Shown here: one piece after another, positions 24,100 to 33,063 of the stretch | Numbering within the stretch: position 1 is the first letter of the stretch | Layout: each line of letters begins with the position of its first letter | Source: Jimgerdemannia flammicorona | Taxonomy: Eukaryota | DNA: 33,063 nt | Assembly (NCBI GenBank): GCA_003990765.1 | Contig: RBNJ01000324.1 | Location: 1-33,063 of the forward strand | Reading direction: 5' to 3' | Translations under genes and position numbers: made by a program | The notes under the pieces: model-generated | Seen by the model: the letters and a program-made list of their open reading frames with translations, nothing else | Told to the model about the DNA's origin: nothing | The model's database searches: none

Positions 24100-25850
24100 A
24101 GCCCTTACTATTAGAACCAAGTGATACCAGGAAATCACAGATCCAAGGACCCACCAGCTTGTAATTGACTAGACTTACAAGGATCTATACCAGGTCTTTA
24201 GGACTTACCACCCAGGACTTAGAAATATAGTCAGCCACTGTAGGTTCTATGAACTTCTCCATGAACATATTGAAACCACTAGGACTCCAGAATCTACTAC
24301 TGCAGCCACTCAGGATTTTTTAGAATATATCACACTCCCTGCTACAAAGGAAGTAGCTGCTAAGTGGATTACCTCTGACAGATATCATCATACCCCCACC
24401 AAAACCTCACTCTACTATAGGCTAGTTGTATACTATACCTCTGCCATAACCAGATATGAGAATGAGCAAGTAGGTCACCCATCTCCTACTACTGAACAAG
24501 AAGCAGGCCCATCTTCTCAGCCAGAATCTGACATTCTCTTTGAAGGACCTAGTCAGTACAAGGACACACTATCTCATTGAGAAAGAGAGTCAGACAAAGA
24601 CTCTACAGGTCACCAGTCTGACAATAGCCAACAAGAAACAGCAGGCCTAGAAATTTACCAAGGAACTACAAGTCAAGAAGATAGGACCTCAGAACCAACT
24701 CAGCCATCTATACAGAGGTTTGGTTTACCCTCTCTCACAGGACTCTTTGATCTGATATCCAGGAATCAAGTAACTCTAAGTTATATAGCACCACAACCTT
24801 ATCAGACAGAACAATCTTCAGGAGAATCTACCCCTGCAGGCCCATAACCAATAGTCAATATAATAGTAGATACCAATATTGCAGCACTGACTACCCAGCT
24901 AGCAGCACTAGTAGGGATAGTAGGACAAATTGCTGAATAGAACAAACCAACTAAGGCCTTGCAAATTCCAATATTTAGTGGAAAAAACAGTAACATCAAA
25001 AACTTCATCAATGTAGTTGACACAGGTTACTGAGCAAACCAATGGAATGACAACCAAGTATCTATAGGAATGCTCACCTACAATTAGAATAACACCCTTC
25101 AATAGTTGGTTGCCATATCAGTAGCATAAGTAGAAACAGTAGCCATATTCTTCATTAGAACTGTAGCCGAATTCTGGCAAACCTTAGAACAATACCCAGT
25201 AATCTGAGAAGACTGCCCTCAAGTCAATGGACAAGTATAAGCCTATAACAGACCAGGATGGGATAACTATAAAGCAGGCTTAGGACTCAAGGCCCTACTA
25301 CTAACCAAATTCCAAAATATAGCCTATATACATATAAGAAACTTGGAACAAACTAGCCCAGATAAAGTTCCACAAGAATGGTGAGGAGAATCTAGAAACC
25401 TTTGCTACCAGAATGGATTCCTATCTCAAAACCATTGAACTTACCTATCAGGAAACCAATTTGGCTATCAATGGTATCAGAGCTAACCATCTCTTTACAG
25501 CCCTACCAGACTGGCTCACCCAGAAGATTAAGGAACAAGACCTTCCCCAAGGATATCCCCACTACTTATGGTGCTTTGCCTAAGTACAAAGAAGAGCCCA
25601 TAAAATCCTTGCTGCTCAGGTCCTATGAAATCCAGAATACAAGAAGGATAACTAAGATAGAAAGAATCCTACCAGAAGGAATGATCAAAGAAATGATCAG
25701 AGAAATAATCAAAGAAACCAATGAAACCCCAGAGGACCTAGACCTCCCACTGAGGATGAAAAGAAGCAGCTTCATGAAAAAGGATTGTGTTTCATCTGCA
25801 AGAAGGCGGGACACATCTCATTCAAATGTCCTGAGAAGAGAAACAGATCA
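24100..25850 (+). pseudogene. gag: gag of element C with intact CCHC zinc knuckle
   Basis: IPIFSGKNSNIKNFINVVD gag motif at ~24965; CFICKKAGHISFKC at 25788-25829. The start is approximate. Confidence 0.85.
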
Positions 25851-25913
25851 GATGAACCTGGTAACCAGAACATTACTATTATTGGAGAAGGTCTAGGAAA
25901 GAAGAACCCCAAG

Positions 25914-26331
25914 AATATCATCAAAGTGTAAAAGATATGGTACAAGGCTACCATCTCCACTAAAGCCTATCCCACCAATATAGAATATAACCTCTATAGT
26001 AGCCAAGACCTCACCATTCCACTGAGTACCAATACTACAGTATAAATAGTAATTGCAATACAAGCCCCCAAAGGTACATACATCTGCCTTGCTGAGTGAA
26101 GCAGCCTAGCCAAAGAGTTCAATATTAGGCTAGGAGGGGGAGTAGTTGATCAAGGATTTATTAGTGAAATCTGTATCATCTTGTAAAATTTTGGAAATAT
26201 CTCATTTGAAGTCAAAGTAGGCCAAAGAATTGCTAAGCAATTATTAAAGAAATCTATCAAGATCTTACCATTGAAGAAGTCTCTGAGCTCTTTCAGACAG
26301 ACTATAGCAAGAAAGGATTTAGATCAACCAA
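25914..26331 (+). pseudogene. dut: dUTPase domain of element C, between gag and protease
   Basis: All five motifs are present: NIEYNL (restored DAGYDL), *SSLA (RSS), GGVVDQGFISEI, GQRIA, and TDYSKKGFRST (restored TDRGxKGFGST). Confidence 0.9.
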
Positions 26332-26380
26332 CAAACCTCCTAGTCAAAAGGTCACTACTATGAAGGAAGATGATGAAAAC

Positions 26381-26479
26381 TGGTACAAGAGAATTGCAGA
26401 TGGTTATACACCATATGGATGATGCCCTCATTCTATTTGAATATACTGCATGGAACATATTGGTGAATACCATACATGC
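26381..26479 (+). other. 33-aa Cys/His-rich module in element C, between dUTPase and protease
   Basis: WYKRIADGYTPYG*CPHSI*IYCMEHIGEYHTC, in frame with the downstream protease and followed by an acidic linker. Confidence 0.85.
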
Positions 26480-26649
26480 CTCTTCAAAGTTTTCAAAATT
26501 CAATCTGAGAAGTGCCAAGCCCAACAGACTGAGGAACCCAAACAAGACAATCCTCTTTGTGAAGGATGGGAAGAAACTGACTTTGAGGAGACTGATAGCA
26601 ATTGGGACAATAATGAGGATGAAGAGCTCAACACCATCAAGAAGGAAGA

Positions 26650-27030
26650 CAGTTGCATCAAGTTTACAGGCTAAGTCTACAGACAGAATATCAATGTCTT
26701 GCTTGATAGTGGTGCTACTGGAAACTATATCAGCACTAAGACTGCCAAGAGGATTAGAGCTTGAAGCAGGCCAACTAATGAGAAAAGAAGTGTTATCTTT
26801 AGTGATGGTAAGACTGTACTACTGACCAAGATCTGTGAAGATCTCTTGCTCAAGATTGGCAAATATCAAGAAAAGTTGAACTTCAGCATTATAGATCTTC
26901 CAGGACAGAATATTATTCTAGGAAAAGCCTGGTTGACCCAGCACAACCCAGATATCAACTGGAGGACCAATAAGATTAATCTGATCCATAAAGATAGAAA
27001 AATCACCCTGATACCCCAAGAAGGTATCAA
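26650..27030 (+). pseudogene. Aspartic protease of element C
   Basis: VLLDSGATGNYIS (DSG at 26705-26713) and IILGKAWLTQHNPDINW. Confidence 0.93.
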
Positions 27031-27179
27031 CTATCAAGGAATTGAAATCATCTCTGCCATCCAAATGAAGAGACTCTCCTGAAAAAAGGGAAACACCTAC
27101 TTCATCTATACAGTACAAGAAGTCACTAAAGCTCCAAGTAGCCCAATTCCAACAGAAGCTCAAGAACTATTTGAGGAAT

Positions 27180-28500
27180 TCCAAGATATATTCCAAGATC
27201 CTCAAGGACTTCCACCCAAGCACCAAATCCAATATAGAATTAATCTCATTCCAGGATCTGAACCCCCATACAAGAGTATCTATCAACTGACCCAATCTGA
27301 ACTCAAGACCCTCAAGGATGAGTTGACCAAACTACTGACCCAAGGATATATTAAACCCAGCCACTCTCCATTTGGAGCCCTCATTCTGTTTGTCAAGAAG
27401 AAGGATGGCTCTCTGCAAATGTATATTGACTACAGAGCCCTCAACAAGACCACCATTAAGAACCAGTATATCCTACTAAGGATTGATGAGTTGTTGTACT
27501 AAATCTTCAAGGCCAAGACCTTTTCCCTACTAAACTTGTGAAATGGCTACTACCAGATTCTCATTGATGAGAAGGACATTGAAAAGACAGCTTTCTGAAT
27601 GTGATTTAGACACTACCAGTTCCAAGTCATGCCTTTTGGTTTAACTAATGTACTAGCAACATTCCAGTACTTGATGAATGATATCTTTAGACCACTGCTC
27701 AACATCTGTATTCTTGTATATATTGATGATATACTAATCTATAGCAAAACAGTAGAGCTATACTATACTCACCTCAGACAGATACTGACCCTTCTGCAAG
27801 AATACCAACTCTATGCCAAGATGAGCAAGTGCAAGTTCTATCAAGACCAGATTGAGTACCTAAGACATATCATCTCTGCTGAAGATATCAATGTGGATCT
27901 CTAAAAGGTATCAGCTCTTAAGGATATCTCTATCTCCACTATCCTTAAGCTACTTCAGCACTTTCTGAGTATTGCTAGTTACTACTGAAGATTTATCTAA
28001 GGATACTCTGCTATTATAGTCCTACTGACCAGCCTAGCTCACAAAGGAGTAAACATCAAGATTGAATGGATCTCCAAATATATTCAGACTATGGACCATC
28101 TCAAAAGACTCCTTACTGAGACCCCAGTACTAATTGTACCTGACCCTACTAGGCCATTTACTCTGACTACAGATGCCTCTGACATTGCCATAGGGGCAGT
28201 GCTCAGCCAAAAAGATTACCCAGTGGCCTACCTTTCCCAAAAACTCAAGCCAGCTGAGATCTGGTATACTACTTATGAGAAAGAACTCCTGGCCATTATC
28301 ACTGTACTCTAAAAATAGCACCATTTCCTCCTAGGACAACTATTTGTGGCCTACACTGATCACTATGCTCTGTGGTATATCTACACACAGCCCATGCTGA
28401 TCTACAGACAAGTCTGCTAGATGGAAATCATTACCAACTTTGATATGGAAATTAAGTATATGTATCCCAGACAAAACCAACCATGTGGCTAATAGTTTCT
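27180..28500 (+). pseudogene. Reverse transcriptase and RNase H of element C
   Basis: [28 protein letters not shown] (27719-27730), FTLTTDASDIAIGAVLSQ, YEKELLAI and YTDH. Confidence 0.96.
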
Positions 28501-28699
28501 CCAGATATATAGAAGATGAACTTGTCTTCATAGTCGAAGTAATTAGAGATCTTATCCAGATGATCAAGAATGGCTACCAGCAAGACAGCCCTCTGATGAA
28601 TTTCCTTTAATTCTGCCAAGACCCAGAGGCTGAGGTCTCCGAACCCATGAGGCAAATGTCCAAGAGATTCACTTACTATGATGGACTTATCTATAGAGA

Positions 28700-29995
28700 C
28701 TATGACAGAGTGGTTGTACCCAACAATGATACTCTGTGGCTCAAGATCCTACAGGAACTCCATGATACTCCTGCAGCAAGACACTTTGGTTTTGAGAAGA
28801 CCTATAATCTCCTCTCAAGAGAGTTCTACTGACCAAGGATGACCAAGGATATCAAAGACTTTGTGGCCTCATATAAGATATACTAAAGGTACAAAAGTAG
28901 TATTAAGCTACCAGTAGGACTTCTACAACCTCTGCCTATCCTGAGTCATAACTGGGATCAGATTGCAATAGACTTTATTGTTCAGCTCCCCAAGACCAAA
29001 GCAGGATGAGATGCCATTGTGGTATTTGTAGACCGCCTAAGCAAACAAGCCCATTTTGCACCCACCAAGATTACTGCTACAGTACCAGAGATTGCTAAGA
29101 TTTTCCTCAATCTAGTATTCAGACTATATGGTATGCCTAGCACTATTATATCTGACCAAGATGTCAAGTTTACAAGTAACTTCTAGAAGGCATTTTTCTC
29201 TCTCTATGAAATCAAGCTGAAGTTCTCTACTGCCTACTACTTTCAGATGGACAGTCAAACTGAGCAAATCAATAGAACCCTCAAGCAGATGCTTAGCATC
29301 TTCTGCTATTATAAGCAAAATGATTGGGACAAGTATCTAGCCTATGCCAAGTTTGTCTACAACAATAGCCAGCAAACCTCTATAAAGAAGACTCCATTCT
29401 TCCTGAACCACAGTCAATATCTAAAGACCCTGAGTACTATTGCAAAATCAGTAGTCTCAGTAGCCCAATATCTGGCTGAGACTATTTCTGATCTTACCTG
29501 AATGATAAGAGATGCTCTCATAGAAGCATAGGACTATCAGACCAAGTATGCAAACTTGAAGCAAAGAGAAGTCTTCTACAATATTAGTGACATAGTTATG
29601 CTTAGAACAGACTACCTCCACCCAGATACTCTGGCACAACAACCAGCCAAGAAACTCTATACTAGAAGAATTGAACTATACAAGATTGTGGAAAAAGTCA
29701 GGAAAGTTAACTATAAGTTGCAACTTCCTCATAATATCTGAGTATACTCAGTATTCCATATCAGTCAATTGGTGGACAACTATGAGAACCCATTCCCTGA
29801 GCATACAGTTCCACCTCTACCCCCAATTAGGATTAATAATCACAAGGAATTCGAAATTGAGGAAGTACTTGACCATAAGGTCCATAAATACCCCAAAACA
29901 GTTGAGTAGTTTTTCCTCATCAAGTGGAAGGGTTACCCCACCCATGATGCTATCTGGGAAAAAGAAGAGGCTCTAGAGAATGCATGTGAAGCCCT
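28700..29995 (+). pseudogene. Integrase with C-terminal chromodomain, element C
   Basis: HDTPAARHFG, IAIDFIVQLP, ISDQD and DSQTE. Chromodomain EFEIEEVLDH...FLIKWKGYPTHDAIWE at 29847-29990. Confidence 0.95.
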
Positions 29996-30689
29996 CTAGC
30001 ACTATATGGAAACACTCATCCCCCAGCAAAGAAAAGAACTACAGCTCTAAAAATTAAAGCACATAGCAATAGGAGGATACTACATATTCTTATCTGAAAT
30101 ATATAATACTGAACATTGCAGAAAAAAGAAACATCATAGTTAATCAATACAAAAATACTCAGGCAAAGAACAATCTAGCATAGTGTAGCAAAATGCATTT
30201 GAACAACTTCATTTCATGCTATTTATATCATTTCTACTAGATAATGACAGATACTTCATACATATGGAACTTAGGAAAGCTGATAATGTTGAAACCAATC
30301 TAAGCCCATCTATATGACAGATATTATTACTAGAAATTGTCTCAGATTATAAGAAATACTATTTCCAAGAGGTTTGAACCCCCAGCCATAACAATGGGAG
30401 CTCTCACCCTAGACAAGAATTATTAGTTCTCACAAATGTACTAACCAGACAAAAAAAAAGAGGACTAAGATCTGTCAATCCTGTGTAACCACAATTGCAA
30501 GAAGCGATATCTTTGAAATCAGGATTTTCTCATGTGACCAGCATATGCTCAGCTTATAGCAATAGGTCACACATTTTGCTGGAAAGCATGACCAAAAGAA
30601 GGTTACATCAGACAGAGGAATAGGTATAAATACCCAAGGCCAGAATATTCCACAACTCTTATCCCCCTCTCTTTATAAAGAAAAGATAG

Positions 30690-31500
30690 ATAAGAATACC
30701 TGCTACCCACCACCAAACTGTCTGCCATAACCAGCCTTTCCCAAGTCAGGTTGACTACCTCTTTGGACATATCTAAGTTGCTATCCAAGAAAGGAACTGC
30801 CACTCTGAGGCCCTTAATCTCTCCAGCCAGGATCTAGGACATTATGCCCTCAACCACTATGAAGTTATTGAAAGAGCCTACCTTGCTACTAGCTGTCTAG
30901 AGATCTGATATAAATACAAAATTAGCCACCAACTCCTTCAATGAGCAAAGGACCTACCTATTGATCAGATCTCAGACTGGACCCACCTGGACAGGCATGA
31001 GCAAAGACTTGCTAAGAAGGTCCATCAAATCATACACTATGTACTCTTTGTGATCTCCAATCTCAACTATATCCAACTGAAGGATTTTCAGAACCTCTCT
31101 TTCTCTGAGATTGACAAGCTAGAGATCAAGGTAGCCCAAGAAGCCAACTTCTGGATTGCTCTCAAGTCTACTGACTGTGAACCCCACTGGAGCCCCCTTC
31201 TGAATGACAACTCAGACCAATGGCTCCAAGGCCTCTCTGACTTCCTTGAAGGATCACCTATCTGAATGGATATCCCTAGGTATGAGGATCAAGAATCTTA
31301 CTTGGATAGTCCCAACTGTATCAGATAGAGAACCCCTATATCAGCACCCATCTCAATACAAGAACCATTTGCAGACCTCATTGACTTCTCTATCCTAGAT
31401 AGTGAGCCATCAGCAACTACCCCCCCCCCCTACCACTGAAGAAGATAGCAATAATACTGAGGAAGATTCTCCACCTTTCTCTCTTCTGGTTCTCAATTTC
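30690..31500 (+). pseudogene. Extra ORF 3' of the chromodomain in element C (unknown function)
   Basis: Nearly open frame including ORF 31050-31265; core 30900-31088 aligns with 1726-1911 of element A. The start is uncertain. Confidence 0.72.
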
Positions 31501-31525
31501 TGAATCAATAAGGATGTTAATTTCT

Positions 31526-31538
31526 AAGAGAGGAAGAA
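31526..31538 (+). promoter_or_regulatory. Polypurine tract of element C
   Basis: AAGAGAGGAAGAA directly before the TG of the 3' LTR. Confidence 0.85.
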
Positions 31539-32309
31539 TGTAATAGAATGAGACATGACAAGTGATCATGTGATCTGGTGAGTGATGATATCATCATACA
31601 ATCAAGCATAATATATGATATTTTGAATGATGAATGAATAATGCAGAAAATGATATAAAAAAATGATATTCAGTTTATCTCTGACAATCAGCACTACAGC
31701 AACTATTGCTATAGCAGCTGATCATTGTCTAGTAATTGAGATCCTAATTATAAAGTTGTTTTTGTCAAAAACCACTTGACAAAGATCACAATCACAAACC
31801 TCACTATAGTTACAAAATTAGTCACCTCATACTTAGCCAGAAATTGTAGACCTTGTATAAATACCCCCAGTTTCTATCCAAAATAAACCAGTTTTAGTTC
31901 AGTCCTTGATACAAGAATCAAGTCCCCCCCATATACATACATTCCTCTGAGTTTTAGTAATGATATCTAAGTGACTCTAGTGTTTCTGACTAAACTCCAG
32001 GAGCCTAGCTAACTTCTGCCAGAATTGAGACCAGTATATAAATCTCCAAAGACTTAAGTAAACTCATTGAATCTGAATTCCAAGATGAATTCAGTCTATG
32101 CACAGCAAAAAACAAGACTCTTGAAAGATAGGGCAAACCAGAGAAAGACCTTTGAAAGATAAGGCATAGCTGCTATAATTACTTTCAAGTGAGTACTTCC
32201 TCAAACTGAAAACTTCTTGGTATATATTGTATACTAAGTCTCTAAGTAATAGTCTTACTTCTCTAATTATCCAAAGGGTAAGAGAGGGGTAGAAGTGAGA
32301 GTTATTATA
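31539..32309 (+). repeat. 3' LTR of element C
   Basis: Starts TGTAAT, ends ATTATA (from ATTACA), and aligns with 23210-23970. Confidence 0.95.
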
Positions 32310-33061
32310 GACTACTAACTATATTATCCATAGGTCTCAGGATAGATCTTCTTCTTCAAATCTCACCTCAACCCCCTTAAGCCCCTTCAGAAACTTTATT
32401 GAGATTATCTCTTTCACCTCCTGAGTTAGTAGCCCCAGAACTAGCTTAGCTATTACAGTCAAGCCTCAGAAATACAATATGATAGCAAATTTGGACATCA
32501 ATTTCTTAAGTAATCATGCTATTACTGGTCCTGTTATACTATTAGCCAAGTTCCCAGATCTTATGCCACCCCCCAGCCCTAACTCTCCATCAACTATTAT
32601 ATTTAGATTTTTTGCCAAATTAGTAATTATCTCTCTATCAGTAGTCCTCTCAGTCACTACTCTCTCAGTCCTGTTACCACTACTATTCTGAGCAGCCCTC
32701 CCAGACTCTACAGCCCTTGCCTTTTTCTTATCTCTCTGCAGCCATCTATTTAAGCCCACTGACTGACCTCCAGCCTTGATTTTATTATCAAAGCTCACTC
32801 TTCCAGTCTCCTATCTACTTACACCTGATCTCTCACTATTGTCCACTCTATATTTATCTGAACAAGAGCCCAACAGACTTTCCTCCAAGTCATAGCTCTT
32901 CTCTATATACTACTAGTTAAATATCCTAGAGCCACCCTACCTAGTATGCTCCTCAGATTGCTTTTTAGTTACTATATTGCTATTATCTTTTCTCCAAAGA
33001 CTATATTGAAAGTATTGTCAGAAGTTTGTATAATCTGAATAATACTAGAGAGAGATATCTT
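32310..33061 (-). mobile_element. LINE E, 5' part (ORF1 N-terminus and 5' UTR)
   Basis: ORF 32514-32798 (SFDNKIK...GLNRWLQR) matches D ORF1 (SFTEMVK...GLEGWLRK). The terminal TGTATAATCTGAATAATACTAGAGAGAGAT matches the D 5' end TGTGTAACCTGAATGGTACTGGAAAGAGAT. The start codon has decayed to ATA at 32975. Confidence 0.9.
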
Positions 33062-33063
33062 TT

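Larger units (their letters stand above)
23210..32309 (+). mobile_element. Full-length chromovirus-type Ty3/Gypsy retrotransposon C (gag-dUTPase-CysHis-PR-RT-RH-IN-chromo-extra ORF), inserted in LINE E ORF1
   Basis: LTRs of 761 and 771 bp with TGTAAT...ATTACA-type ends, PBS, PPT, and flanking GACTAC repeats (23204-23209, 32310-32315). Confidence 0.96.

Noticed and set aside
23677..24138. 153-aa minus-strand ORF across the C LTR and PBS
   Set aside because: It has no motif, spans the LTR boundary, and the ORF track shows no counterpart in the 3' LTR.
25402..26825. ORFs 25402-25896 and 26370-26825 as separate genes
   Set aside because: They are alternative frames; the zinc knuckle, CysHis module and protease motifs lie in other frames.
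30690..31500. Calling the 3' ORFs env
   Set aside because: No evident signal peptide, cleavage site or transmembrane anchor, and the ORFs are short for env.
23210..32309. Dating insertions by LTR-LTR divergence
   Set aside because: Divergence is dominated by directed C>T/G>A changes, so a neutral clock does not apply.
1..33063. Prokaryotic RT systems (retron, DGR, group II intron), CRISPR arrays, tRNA or rRNA genes
   Set aside because: All RTs sit in gypsy or LINE contexts with LTRs or poly(A) and TSDs. I saw no spaced repeat array or RNA gene.

Overview
Eukaryotic, probably fungal, nested-transposon block with no intact host gene. About 400 bp of CpG-rich flank, holding a tiny poly(A) retroposon with a 12-bp TSD, abuts about 32.6 kb of repeats that are CpG-depleted, TpA-rich and decayed by C>T/G>A transitions (RIP- or methylation-like). 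Element A is a full-length Ty3/Gypsy (1149-7835, minus strand, 4-bp TSD) inserted into the gag of an older LTR element B. LINE D is a full-length L1/Tx1-like element (10989-16883, minus, 15-bp TSD). F is a LINE ORF1 fragment on the plus strand. LINE E (18415-~33061, minus) is a related full-length element interrupted by chromovirus C (23210-32309, plus, 6-bp TSD). Main observation: gypsy elements A and C, which differ in LTR, PBS, TSD length and chromodomain, share three accessory modules. These are a dUTPase, a 33-aa Cys/His motif (restored WYKxIxxGYTPxGxCPHGIxIYCMEHxxEYHxC) and a homologous extra ORF 3' of integrase. The order is PR-CysHis-dUTPase in A and dUTPase-CysHis-PR in C. All translations and alignments were done by hand; 'restored' residues assume reversal of C>T/G>A changes, and domain boundaries are approximate.
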